Source of the DNA: Eledone cirrhosa | Lineage: Eukaryota | Direction: 5' to 3' | Length of the DNA stretch: 64,000 bases | Assembly: GCA_964016885.1 (NCBI GenBank) | Contig: OZ024742.1 | Location: 286,936,001-287,000,000, forward strand | In this document: positions 1-14,936 of the stretch, in pieces | How positions within the stretch are numbered: the stretch's first letter is position 1 | Layout: every line of letters starts with the position of its first letter | Notes under the pieces: model-generated | Told to the model about the DNA's origin: nothing | Seen by the model: the letters and a program-made list of their open reading frames with translations, nothing else | Database searches by the model: none | Translations under genes and position numbers: made by a program

Positions 1-85
1 TTTTGCGGGTGATATGGCGCGTGTCTTTCTGGCATGACACCCATAATTTTGATTTAGATTAAATTCATTTGATTTATCTTAATTT

Positions 86-139
<54 letters not shown>

Positions 140-161
140 CATACATACATACATACATACG

Positions 162-229
<68 letters not shown>

Positions 230-314
230 ATATATATATGTGTGTGTTTGTGTGTCTGTCTGTTTTGTTTGTGTGTGTGTTTGTGAGTGAGTGAGTGAGT
301 GAGTGAGTGAGTGA

Positions 315-405
<91 letters not shown>

Positions 406-800
406 CCATTGTACATTTGTATGTCTATATGTACCAGTTTTACAGGTGGCTATGTAAATATATACTGTATATATATACAATTGTATATAGGCAAGAATGT
501 ATGTCTGCATGTATACATGTATGTATATATGTATAGATGCATGTATGTAAGGAAATATATATGTATGTATGTGTGTGTGTGTGCATATGTGCATATGTAG
601 ACATGCAGCTGTGGCAGAAATCTGATCACATGACCTACTGACCTGAACAGGAATGTCATAATGCCCCAATTTAATATGCACATATGTATGTAATTGCGCA
701 GATGTTTCATCCCAACGCTGACAGCAACACCTACCCACCTCTTAACTCCCACTCTATCTCTTTCTTTCTCTATTTCTTTCAGACGATGTCAATGTACAGG

Positions 801-890
<90 letters not shown>

Positions 891-891
891 C

Positions 892-1057
<166 letters not shown>

Positions 1058-1161
1058 GTATACACACTCACACACACATATAGATATATATGTGTGTGTG
1101 GGTGGGTGTTTGTGAAGGTGGGTGTCTCTCTCTCTCTCTCTATATGTATATATACGCGTGA

Positions 1162-1205
<44 letters not shown>

Positions 1206-1419
1206 ATGATAATAAATGTAAAGACTAAAATCCAAAGAGGGCCCGACAAGGATAAATATATATCAAATATATAAGAACCCTAGAGCAAATATTTATTAAA
1301 ATAACATTAAAGTGTAAGCAAAGAATCGGTGCTTCCACCCTTAACGGGATCTTCTGAAACTCCCGTTAAGGGTGGAAGCAGCGATTCTTTACTTAAACTT
1401 TAATCTATTATTTTAATTA

Positions 1420-1464
<45 letters not shown>

Positions 1465-1470
<6 letters not shown>

Positions 1471-1889
1471 TTGGCGCTCTGAAATAGCGATATTATATGA
1501 ATGTATATATAGTGTATTTTGCAATACACTGTATGCTTAATTAAAAGCATTTCGAAGACCTTATGCTATTGTTTTAGAGTAGTGACAGTCTCACTTACTT
1601 TAAATTTTCAGCAAACAGGGGAGATAAAGCTGACAGAGCTATGTTTCGTACTTATTGGTACTTATCAAAGCCAAGTACTCCACCTGTTTGCTGAAAATCA
1701 TGAATGTTTGATTCTTATAGAATTTCTAGGAATAATTAGGAACTGATTATACAGAGCGGTTGCCGGTCAAGCAGAAATTGAAAATTAGAATTGGCGCTCT
1801 GAAATAGCGATATATATATGAATAGCATAAGGTCTTCGAAATGCTTTTAATTAAGCATACAGTGTATTGCAAAATACACTATATATACA

Positions 1890-1895
<6 letters not shown>
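1465..1895 (-). mobile_element. Non-autonomous HHR-bearing element (~321-bp unit, 1.1 copies plus inverted end), copy 1
   Basis: ttagaattggcgctctgaaatagcga occurs at 1465 and 1786. 1812-1895 is the reverse complement of ~1493-1570. (TA)n on both sides. A related copy lies at 4928-5310. Confidence 0.75.
1604..1698 (-). ncRNA. Type I hammerhead ribozyme (U3-A8 core variant)
   Basis: Minus strand: gct-TTGATAA-gtac caataa gtac-GAAA-ca tagctc tg-TC-agc. Stem I extends as attttcagcaaacagg/cctgtttgctgaaaat. Confidence 0.75.
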
Positions 1896-1932
<37 letters not shown>

Positions 1933-2166
1933 ATACAAGGACGATTTGTTAAGCCTTCATTACGTCTATTGATTGGTGACGCGCGTTTCGCTATTGATCA
2001 GCTCTACTGTTCTAATGACAGAATTCTGTCATTAGAACAGTAGAGGTCCGACAGCTTTTGATTCAGGAGTCGCGCCAGATCAATACAGATCGAAGCTTGA
2101 GCTGATCAATAGCGAAACCTGCGTCACCAATCAATAAATATGTGTGAGTCTGTGTATGTGTGTTTG

Positions 2167-2201
<35 letters not shown>

Positions 2202-2612
2202 GTGTGCGCGTGTGTGTATGTGTGTGTGTATATATACATGTATGTGTGTGTGTGTGTGTGCCAGTCTCGGGTTCAAACGGGGTTGAACACAGTAAGTAAG
2301 GTACTCAATATATTAGTATAGTGTATAAAACAAAATTTAATATGGAAATGGTTTCTATACATATACACATATATATGTGTGTATATGCGGTGTTAGCAAA
2401 ATATGGTTGTTCTGATAAATTTATCAATAAATTTTGAAGAATATCTGTTCGAATGAAAGGCCATATTAAATTTGGTGGCTCACTGCAAGTTAAGATCCCT
2501 TTGTAGTTGAACATGTGGTGAGACAAGGAAACCTTGATGCCCCTACCTTATTTACGATTTATCTTGCAGCTATGCTTTAAACTGCTTTTCAGGATAGCGA
2601 ATAATGGATATA

Positions 2613-2710
2613 TACTCGGTGTCCCAACAACACACTTTGATTACCGGCACAGGAAATATTTATTAGAATGCTGTTGAAATGTGCACACATTTTGGGGGAA
2701 CACCTTGTAT
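2613..2710. mobile_element. Tc1/mariner-type MITE remnant
   Basis: Ends resemble TACAGGGTGTCCC-type TIRs at TA sites. A related copy lies at ~56225-56303. Confidence 0.45.
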
Positions 2711-3511
2711 ATACACAAAATACAATTATAGAAGGAAACGTTTTAAATTTATCTCGATTGAGGACTAAATCAAAGAATGTGTTAGATATGCGCGAAAATA
2801 GGACATATCCTCCATTACTGTGAATAAAGGTCTTACATTTTTCCTTGTTCACATTGTAACAAGGTATACTTATCAACGGCGGGTTTAAAATCCCATTTAA
2901 GTTCGCATGATATAAACCATTTAACATGATTTGAATACCGAATCTATATATCAAATTGGCCATAAAAGATGCAAAATATCTGTTAGCCTTAACATAATAA
3001 AATCTACAGAACTGGTGATGTTTCTGATGAGAACACTTTCGCACCAATACTTTTTAAACTCAACTGAAAAATTTGGCAAAATATTTTTCACTACATGTCT
3101 GGACTTAAGAACCATTTACAGTCCCACAGTAGAAATCTTTCACTCCGTGTCTCGACTTAAGAACAGGCTCAGAATATCGGGGTTCATTCTGTTGCAAATC
3201 TCAATGTAGCCTACTTTATCTGTCATCTGGTTTCAGATCACCACATGATCGTAGGATACTACCTTCCCTCTACCCCTATTGGTATCAGGGGTCCTTAAAA
3301 GGATCTCTGGGGCCCTGAAAAGGATCGTGGGTACTGACCTGACTCTCTTTTTCTGACTAAACAGTAAGACGTTCCAGTGTTACGTAGCAGTCATATACTG
3401 GGGTAAATCAATGGACTGTACACTTCTCTAAACCCCGTTTATGTGATTGCACTAATGTAAGGTATACTATATACCTGTCATATAATGAGGTAGATTTAAT
3501 TGACTGTACTC

Positions 3512-3571
<60 letters not shown>

Positions 3572-4240
3572 TCTTTTTATGGTCTTGTCCTAACCTAAGA
3601 TGTAATTATCATTTTTCACTTTGAAATACCTCAATTGCATCATCCATTATTCTTTTCGTTCATTTTATTATTATTATTATCATCATCATCATCATCATCA
3701 TTATCTTCATCACCACCACCACTGCAATCATCACCACCACCTCCACCACCACCACTGCAATCATCACCACCATCTCCACCTCCACCTCCACCACCACCTC
3801 CACCACTACCACCACCACCACCACCACCACCATTATTCTGTTGTTGCAGATAGATAGATCAAATTGCATTTGTCAAAACATTTCTTTTCTTTTTGTTTTA
3901 CCTGATGCAGGTAGTACGCAGTTTGTTATTACAGTAGAGCAGTAATAAACTAACAAATAAATAAATAAACAAACAAATAAATAAATAATTAAACAAATAA
4001 ATGACAGGCAGACAGCAGAGCTTCTTCGCAAAATCGGAATGACAGCAGTCCGTCTGAGGAAGGGACACCGCGACTTCGGGTGGCTGTTGCAGTGCGGACC
4101 GCTGACCATTGTCCGCGGAAATGCCTTTGCCATTTTGTCCGCGGGGTAAATCCGAAATCGCTCTGACCTAGGTGTAGAGTCTGTCACGCTCTCCCCTTCC
4201 TCTTTTCTTTCTTTTTTTTTTTTTGTCTAATAGTCCTTAC

Positions 4241-4327
4241 CGTTTCTTCTCCTTTTCCTCACATTTGAGGCATTTATAGTTCTTTCCAATACTGCTTTCT
4301 TTCTCAGTCGGGAAATATGTGACATTT
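4241..4327 (-). CDS. Candidate 87-nt exon of an unidentified gene
   Basis: Minus strand: catcAG acceptor (4328-4329) and GTaagg donor (4240-4235). Open in two frames (NVTYFPTEKESSIGKNYKCLKCEEKEKK or MSHISRLRKKAVLERTINASNVRKRRRN). No recognised homology. Confidence 0.25.
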
Positions 4328-4393
4328 CTGATGCAATTAATATTCAACATTTGTAAAGCTGAAAATGCATAAATAATATAAATAATATAAATG

Positions 4394-4470
<77 letters not shown>

Positions 4471-4570
4471 AATGTATATATGTGTGTGTGTGTGTCTGTG
4501 TGTGTGTGTGTGTGTGTACAATTCACTCCTGCGTTTGTTTGTTCTTTTCAACTGTATATATATTTATATA

Positions 4571-4681
<111 letters not shown>

Positions 4682-4927
4682 GTATATGTAGGTATATGTA
4701 TATAAATATAAGACAAACATAAAATACTCATACTTTACTTCTGTATTTGACATATTTTCTTTTTTGTTTTCATTTAATTGGTGTTTATATTTATTATTAT
4801 TATTTGTAGTATTTATTTATATATTTTAATTGTTTTGTTTTTTTTGTTGTTGCTATTTCGTTGTTTGACAACCATGGTTTGTCGTATCGATAATTGGGTC
4901 ATTAATCTATACTTACATATATATATA

Positions 4928-5310
4928 TTAGAATTGGAGCTCTGAAATAGCAATATATATATGAATGTATATATAATGTATTTTGCAATACACTTTATGC
5001 TTAATTAAAAGCATTTTGAAGACCGTATGCTATTGTTTTAGAGTAGTGACAAACTCACTTTAATCTCAACAAACAAGGGGAGATAAGCCGACAAGGCCTT
5101 GTTTCGCATTTATTGATACTTATCAAGGCTAACTACTCCCTCCTGTCTACTGAGATCACTGATGTTATATTCTTATAGAATTCTAGTAAATAATCAGGAA
5201 CTGATTTTGCAAAATACATTATATATACATTCATATATATATTGCTATTTCAGAGCTCCAATTCTAATTTTTAATTTCTGCCTGACCGGCAACCGCTCCG
5301 TATAATCACC
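4928..5310 (-). mobile_element. Non-autonomous HHR-bearing element, copy 2 of the ~321-bp family
   Basis: Aligns by eye with 1465-1745. Its inverted terminal segment (5205-5310) spans the unit junction. Confidence 0.75.
5086..5130 (-). ncRNA. Type I hammerhead ribozyme (U3-A8 core variant)
   Basis: agcc-TTGATAA-gtat caataa atgc-GAAA-caaggccttg-TC-ggct. Stem III is the palindrome acaaggccttgt, with a GUC cleavage triplet. Confidence 0.8.
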
Positions 5311-5699
5311 CCCCCCCCCCCCAACACACACACACACCTCACCGTCGAGAAGCTGGTAATAGTTCCAGACCAGAGGCTAAAATTGCCCCCCCCCCCAAAC
5401 TGGTAATTGGTCCTGACCAGAGGTTAAAATTTTAGCCAGCCTACCCCTGTTTACTACGTCTACTTGAGACCACTGGGGAGGCTAGGGGTTAATCTTCGGC
5501 TTGGTTTGATTCCAGACTCAGGGAAGACTTTTGTTTCTTCTTCTAGCAGAATAATGCAGATATCAGCTTTAGTAGATGAAAGCGGTTGAAGAAGTGATTG
5601 GTCGAGCGGACATTTCTTGTGACAAGTATTGTTTCGTTATTGAGCAGGTTCCAAAATATTTCAAAGGATGCATGCATGGTCCGGTAACTCCTGCGGGAG

Positions 5700-6090
5700 T
5701 CGTAGGGGCGCCATATTGACACACGGCGTTTTTAGAGCATTTTTAAACCTGGTAAAGCCCATCTCCTCTCCAGGACTGACTACAGCAGATTTCTTCCCGA
5801 GAAGAACAGAAAGTGAAAGAAAGGAAGTGAGAAAAAGATAATGAGGAAGAATTGACCCCAGTACTAGACTGGTACTTTTTTTATCGGCCACGAATGGTCT
5901 GAATACAGCAGATTTCTTCCGGAGAAGGATAGAGAGTGAGAGAAAGGAAGTGAGGAAAAGATATAGAGGAATAATTGACCCCAGTACTAGACTGGTACTT
6001 TTTTATCGACCTCTAATGGTCTGAAATCAGCAGATTTTTTCCGGCAATGGATAGCGAGTTAAAGAATGTGAGAAAGAGATATAGAGGAAG
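5700..6090. repeat. Dispersed repeat with ~120-bp internal tandem duplication
   Basis: cagcagatttcttcc...gaaaggaagtgag...cccagtactagactggtac is repeated in tandem. A related copy lies at ~34880-35040. Confidence 0.55.
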
Positions 6091-6476
6091 AATCGATATG
6101 ATATAGTAACAGTAGCACCAGTAAAATACTGGTTTCCATATAATAGACTTTCTCTTCTCCCCCCAAATTATTGGCCTTGTGCCAAAATTAGAAACCGTTA
6201 TTATATACGGTTCCGAAATATTCCAGTTTAGTCGTTGACATTGAATCATTGCAACGATGCTGAAGAAAGAAATGCTAGCTCCACTCACTTTCATACAGGT
6301 AGATAGCTAGCATATTAGACATGTCTAATATGTTACAGGTAGATAGCTGGCATCTTAGATATGTCAAATGTGTTGATGACTACTTAGGACGTATAGGTAG
6401 CACGTGCACAGTTTCACGTGAAAATTGCATCAGAAAATGTACAATTACGTTCTCTCTCTGTCTAATATAATTGTAT

Positions 6477-6519
<43 letters not shown>

Positions 6520-6529
6520 TAGATGTATA

Positions 6530-6601
<72 letters not shown>

Positions 6602-6628
6602 TGTGCGTGTGTGTGTGTGTGTGCGTGC

Positions 6629-6672
<44 letters not shown>

Positions 6673-6741
6673 GCACACACACACATACATATACATGCAT
6701 GTATATCTATCTATCTATCTATCTCTCGATCTATCTATCTA

Positions 6742-6772
<31 letters not shown>

Positions 6773-6773
<1 letters not shown>

Positions 6774-6959
6774 ATAAAAATTTGAACAGGGACAGAACAG
6801 AGAGGCAGTACGACAAATGTTTATTAGATTCACGCTCAGGAGAGTGGGGGGGTAGGTGGAGGACGACGTTTCGGGCATAAGCCCTTCTTCAGGTAAGAGT
6901 TCAAAAGGTGTGTAGGGGAGTGGTGGAGAGACATATAGCGAAAGGAAACGGTGCGAATG

Positions 6960-6962
<3 letters not shown>
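6773..6962 (-). mobile_element. Solo 3' terminal (pLTR) fragment of the Neptune-like PLE with minimal HHR
   Basis: Matches 15777-15985. Minus strand has CTGAAGA-agggc ttat gccc-GAAA-cGTC. Flanked by (TA)n. Confidence 0.75.
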
Positions 6963-6991
<29 letters not shown>

Positions 6992-7709
6992 AAGTAGAAG
7001 CTTAGTAAAATCGAAGCTTTGGCTGTGGCCAAGCAAAGTCGACCTACAATAAGGAATTAGTAGCAAAGCACTCAATAAGGGTAGGTCCTCAGAGTAATAA
7101 CATACGTTTAAATAGCTTGACAAATTGAAAATTGCGGCAGGCAAAACCCAACCATACAATACCAAAACAACGAAAAAACTAATCATGAAAAACAACATAA
7201 GATAATTCCATGGTGTATGTTGGTTAATTTCCTGAAACTGTAGAGTGCTCAACTTGTCGGGCTGGAAGATGCCAATCATATATGTAATATAGAATATGCT
7301 TCGATCATTCCCTGTGGGAGCTGTTTAAATGTGTGTGTATGTATGTCAAGATATTAGAAAGATTCCACGAAAACTGCCTAAGGTGTATCTTGAACATTAA
7401 GTGGCAGTCATTTACACCTGACACTGTTGTTGTGCAGCGGACCAATACATCCAGCATAGAAAAAAACTACTCATTCGAAATCATCTGCGTTGGGCAGGGC
7501 ATTTAGGACGGATCGGAGATGAGAGGTTGCCTATGTGAATTTGTATGGAGAGTTAACTTTTGGTAGACGCCCCAGACACAAACCCAAGAAACGTTTCAGG
7601 GATGTTGGGAAGGCGGGACAGAGAGTAAATCTCTGGTTGTAATCGTTTTGAGGTCAAAAGGTTGGAACATTCAGTGTTTAAAAGAACATTCAAGAAAGTC
7701 GATGTAGAC

Positions 7710-7878
7710 CAGGCATGTCAAACTGAGGGTCCCCTGAGGGCCACACACAACAACAAATTGTGCACATTACAACACATTTTTTTATTTTATATTACGAAGA
7801 TAAAACATGCTCACGCTGTAAAAACCTTTGTGCGGGCCGCAGGTGTGCTTTTAAAGGGCCGCATGTTTGATATGCCTG
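7710..7878. mobile_element. hAT-type MITE
   Basis: TIRs caggcatgtcaaac / gtttgatatgcctg. 8-bp TSD atgtagac / atgtacac (7 of 8 match). Confidence 0.8.
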
Positions 7879-7913
7879 ATGTACACTGTATCTATTCTTT
7901 ACAGTCCAGTAAT

Positions 7914-7958
<45 letters not shown>

Positions 7959-8311
7959 ATTTCTCTTCCTTCCTTGTCTGTCTGTGTGTTGAAAGTAAAT
8001 TTAATCATGGGGACAAAAATAAATTAATAAAATAAATAATAAACTTAAAACAAATCGAACTGATGTTCGATACGATCGACAAAATCCTTTCAGGGTGGGA
8101 CCAAGTTATGGCGGCCACAATATAGTGGCTGAAATATATAAAAGATTTAAACGAAAACGAATACAAGAATAAAAGAATAAAAGAATAATGGTTTGCTCTG
8201 AGCTGTCTCTGTATAATATTTCACAGTAATGTTTTTCTATTTGATGTCAATGTTGTTTAGATATATTTGACAGATATCTCAACGATTTCACACACACGCA
8301 CGCACACACGC

Positions 8312-8372
<61 letters not shown>

Positions 8373-8852
8373 TATATATATATATATATATATATAAATG
8401 TGTATGTATAAACCCAGCTGCCTTTTTTAACTTCGTCCCCTATCTCCCCTCGGTTACTTACTTATATGAGCCATTGTCCTGTGTTTTCCCCTTCTATCGG
8501 TATGTCTTTTCCCTTTTTTTTCTCTTTTTTTCACTGACCCGTAGTAGACAACTGATGAAGGGAAAATGTCTATCTTTTGTTTGTGTTCCTTTTACTTTGT
8601 AACACTCGTTATCAATAACAACACAGCCTCGTCCCTTTCAATCCATATTTATGTATTTATTGCTGTGACCTCCACTCCATCCTCTCTATCTATCTCGCTT
8701 GCTTTTGTTGTTCCTGGTCGACTTATGTCTTACCGCTTTTTTATCAATTCTTTTCCCTCTTCCTCTTTCCTTTCTCTCTCTATCCCTCTCACCCCCCCCT
8801 CTCTCTCTTTCTCCATCCTCTCTCTCTACCCCTTGCCACTTCCGTTTCCTTC

Positions 8853-8910
<58 letters not shown>

Positions 8911-9270
8911 GCCCATTCTCGACGAGAATGGACGTGTTTGTCTTAGCTCTCCGCTGTTAATAGGGCCCCTGGGCTTTAACTCAACTGCATTTTTTAACTT
9001 CGCCCTCACTCTCTCCTCGGTTACTTACTTACATGTGCCATTGTCCTGTATTTACCCTTTCTATCGGTATGTTTTTTTTTCTTTTTTCTTCTCTCTTTGT
9101 TTCTTCCTTTCTCTATCTTCGCTATCGCTTCTTTTCCACATAACTTTTTGATAATACGTTATGGGTGCGCTACGGATAGATGTATTGTCTATAATGTGCT
9201 GAAACATCTCTGATCCGTAGTAGACAACTGATAAAAGGAAAATGTCTGTCTCTTGTTTGTGTTCCTTTTA

Positions 9271-9381
<111 letters not shown>

Positions 9382-9878
9382 ATTAACGTTAAATTAAAAA
9401 TCGATTGACATATGTATATAAAATAAACACATCAAACTATTACAGGGGATAATTGTAAAGAGTGTAAACACACATAGTTACGGAGGTAACATTAAAAGTT
9501 AACCTTGAATATACCTTGCAATAATGATTAATCTCCTTTGTATATATTCCATTAAAGAAATATATTTCACCATTAATCGGTGAATCACAGATGTTAACTC
9601 TTGGATAATCGACAAAGGAGAAGATTTAAATATCTATGATTACACACTCAAAGCAAACCAGGGAATAACGACGAAAAGCACATGTGGTTTTAAAAAATAC
9701 ACATCGCCCCGCCGTGAAGCTATTGGCGTGAATAGGGTTATCGACAGCTAGAAATAGCAGTCGAGCCCTTTCAAAAGGAAAAGGTCTACTAACAGAATAT
9801 ATAGGAGCCATAAATAGTACTAAAATTAAATTAAAGATGTCATGTCTGATTCTTTGCACCGATTCTTTGCTTAAACTG

Positions 9879-9913
<35 letters not shown>

Positions 9914-9916
<3 letters not shown>

Positions 9917-12022
9917 TGCGCCAGTCTACGCAAAAACATAGTGGCCTCTTTCTTCGGGGCTTTGGATAAGCACTTCCATAAGCAACACCGGTACCGCGCC
10001 ATTTTCAATAGGCACACTATGAAATTGACGCACCACGCAAATACCTCTTCCTCTGTTGGTAACATCTTAAACCGTGAAAACCGGGGAATCATACAACGCG
10101 ATCCGGAGATCTGGGCGGCAACACCCCTCCGGGCTGTAATTGTAGAAACCCCAGTAACTGCCCCCTGGAGGGTAGGTGCCTCGGCAGTGGCTTAGTATAT
10201 GAATGTAGGGTGAATACCAACAACCAAACCTTCACCTATATCGGAGCCACAGCTAATAAATTTAAGGAGTGCTGGTACAATCACTGCCACACCTTTAGGA
10301 GAGTTGATAAGAAACACAGCACCGCCCTCTCAGAACTGGTGTGACGTCTCAAACATGATAACGTAGAATACACCTTGTTGTGGTCCAAGGTAGCCTCAGC
10401 CCAACCCTACAGAGAGGGGTGGACATGACTCGTGCGATTTGTGTGTCACCGAGATTATGGAAATAATCGAGAGGGGAGCTCGAGTTATCAATAAAAGGAG
10501 TAACCCCTTCAGCACCTGCCTTCACAGATCATCTGAAACCTTCCTCAAACTTTTGTACTAGTTGAAGACTATTGCAAACTTGACCGTGGAATCCGGGCGT
10601 GGCCACACAACAACCCCAGCGTCAGGCGAACTTTGGATATCTTGTTTGCACACCTGGAGTCTCTGTGTGTACATGTTTCATGTCCCTTGTTCCTTATTCT
10701 CTGTTTGTATACCTACTGTTGCTTTTTATGTATTTTCGTCCCGCTCTTTTATTATTGTGTTCTCTATATGTGTTCTCGATTTCTTATCTGCTTGTTCCTG
10801 TCCCTACTTTCGCTTCCCGTAACTCTCTTCCATAGCCTAACAGCCCTTTTAATAGTATTGTTGCCACTGTAGTTAAGACTGAATGCTATTGTGGTTAACC
10901 GTTTTTTCTGCACTGTAATTATTACTTGCCTTGTGCCTTAGAATGATTGACAGGACTGTATTAACTGTGCATGTATTTATTTACATTTATATATATAAAT
11001 ACCCATCTATATTTCTATCCCATTTTCGCTTCCTTGTTTCAACGGACTACTATTGTGGTTAGTTTATTTTTCATGGAAGCGTGGCCTTTTCCTGTTGCCG
11101 CCGTCACTGTGGTGGGATCATCACTGGTGTTGTTGTTATTGTTATTGGTGTTACCAATGGGCTTAATACTAATATGAGTGATACCACCACTACTACGACG
11201 AACGGGGTGGGTGATGGGTGGTGTTGGTTTTTGTTGCCGTTGCCATTGTTGTTGTTGTTATATGGTCATGGTGATTGATACCACTAATTCTGTGTACCCA
11301 CCTACTGCTTAACTCTTTTTTATTGCTTTGGCGTTATCGCTGTTATTGTCGACAGGGTGATACCGTCACTACGACTACTGGGGCCTGTGTACACGACGTT
11401 GGTCTGTGTTTTTGCTATTGTTGTCATTTTTGCTGTTGTTGTTGTTGTCAATAGGGTGGTGGTATCACTACGACTATTGCGGCCAGTGTGGACAATATTG
11501 GTCAGCGGTTAGCAGCTATTGTCGTTATTGTGGTTGTCGTTGTTGTTGTTGTAGTTGTTGTCTATAGGTGGTTGTCAACAAGATATATACCCCACCCTCC
11601 CTCAGAGCTCCATTTATTGCTTCAACTGTCTACTGGGTTTTGGCTACACACAATTTTTCGTTTTTTTCGTCTTTTTCGTTGCTAGCTTTTTCTAGCAAAC
11701 ACGACGGCGGGCAAACCTTTCAAGGAACTCATATGTCTGCTGGGCACACAAGCAATAGGACGTGTGTTTTTCCTGCCAGCAACATATCAAACATATCGGA
11801 TTTCATCTGAGGATACAGTTCTCATAATCAACAGGAAATGCATGAAGGGCATCACGATTGCATGGAGAACCGTGGAAATAATTATAATGATTAAACGATA
11901 TATGTAAGCTCAGCATCTTATTTTTATAAAATTCTCCATCGTAACTAAAAACAACGATTGTTGAGGTTGAGAGCTTTCTCCTGCTTACTCCTGTTTTTAC
12001 CAAAACAATCTTTTCCGAAAAA

Positions 12023-12026
<4 letters not shown>
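9914..12026 (+). mobile_element. 5'-truncated Penelope-like element (probably Naiad clade): RT thumb, GIY-YIG endonuclease, long 3' region with HHR
   Basis: Frameshifted translation of 9914-10561: FFGALDKHFHKQHRYRAIFNRHTMKL...CNCRNPSNCPLEGRC..GLVYEC...TYIGATANKFKECWYNH...CDLC...INKRSNPFSTCLH. Collinear with the PLE at 40.7-41.4 kb. Bounded by (TA)n. Confidence 0.8.
11792..11905 (+). ncRNA. Type I hammerhead ribozyme in PLE 3' terminal region
   Basis: tcat-CTGAGGA-tacagttctc...gagaaccgtg-GAAA-taatta-TA-atga. Palindromic stem III; distal stem I catatcg/cgatat. Confidence 0.75.
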
Positions 12027-12061
<35 letters not shown>

Positions 12062-12226
12062 TATATATCACAGAAAAAGAATCAGTGTTGCGACGAAAGG
12101 AATTTATTGGATATATTACAATTGTTTCTCGGGCGACCAGCTCGAGGCGCGATCGATGTGGCGATCAAACCTGACTCTGAAATCGCGTGGTCCTCGGATA
12201 CGTCTCAATTATATATAAATATATAA

Positions 12227-12268
<42 letters not shown>

Positions 12269-12457
12269 AGTTCTTTCGTTACTTTGGTTTGTGTGGTTGG
12301 GTTTTGCCTACCGCAATATTCAATTTGTCAATCTATTTAAACGTATGTTATTACTCTAAAGACCTACCCTTATTGAGGGTGCTTTGCTAACTCATTCCTA
12401 TTGTAGGTCGACTTTGCTTGGCCACAGCCAAAGCTCCGATTTTACTAAGCTTCCACT

Positions 12458-12494
<37 letters not shown>

Positions 12495-12642
12495 ATACTT
12501 TGGGAGGGTCATGTTGCCAATAAGAAACACACGCACTGGTGCGTGTGTTTCTTATTGGCCACATGACCCTCCCAAAGTATAACAATATCGGTTTCAACAC
12601 ACGATTTCAGATAAAGAATCTTGCTAAACAAATTCAGAAACG

Positions 12643-14290
<1,648 letters not shown>

Positions 14291-14317
14291 TATATATATA
14301 GATATTAGATACATATA

Positions 14318-14363
<46 letters not shown>

Positions 14364-14611
14364 CGCATATATATATATATATAAAAACAAATAACGAAAC
14401 GAAATTAAATTTCGTTTCGTTTGTAACTCACTTTTGTATGACTGACGCTTAAACAATTAAGTTAAAGATGTACATCCATATATGTATACTGAAATACTAG
14501 TATGTATATGAATACACACACGTATACATATGTAGATGTACCAAGTTTTTTCACTGGTCACTTTACTGTGAATTTTCATAGAAAAAGCATATAACGATAT
14601 GTGCTTTTACG

Positions 14612-14707
14612 ATTCTCTAGAGAGGCCGGAAGATAGGTAAATATTGCTGATGAGTTGTAACAACAACGAAACTAGTTCAATATTCCTTGTCTGGCTTTCT
14701 GGAGAAT
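14612..14707 (+). ncRNA. Canonical type I hammerhead ribozyme
   Basis: aatattg-CTGATGA-gttg taacaa caac-GAAA-ctag-TT-caatatt. Distal stem I ttctctagagaggccgga/tctggctttctggagaa contains G-U pairs. Confidence 0.85.
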
Positions 14708-14900
14708 AGAGGAAAGGTGTTTCCTCAAAAACCAGTATGACTCTAAAAACCGGTTTGTCTGTGTGTTTACATACAGAATAGCTGGCCACTCACAGTAAAG
14801 TGACCAGTGAAAAAACTTGGTACATCTACATATGTATACGTGTGTGTATTCATATACATACTAGTATTTCAGTATACATATATGGATGTACATCTTTAAC

Positions 14901-14936
<36 letters not shown>

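Noticed and set aside
6989-7200. TA-flanked repeat (also 12265-12460) with CTGAGGA-cctac...gtagg
   Set aside because: It lacks GAAA after the stem in both copies. It is a real dispersed repeat, but a ribozyme call is not supportable.
10342-10344. In-frame TGA in the Naiad-like endonuclease as possible selenocysteine
   Set aside because: It aligns to Trp (VW in the other element), not Cys, so TGG>TGA decay in a frameshifted copy is the simpler explanation. I recognised no SECIS.
10580-10640. Possible HDV-like ribozyme (…ggcgaac)
   Set aside because: I could not build the P1/P2/P3 double pseudoknot.
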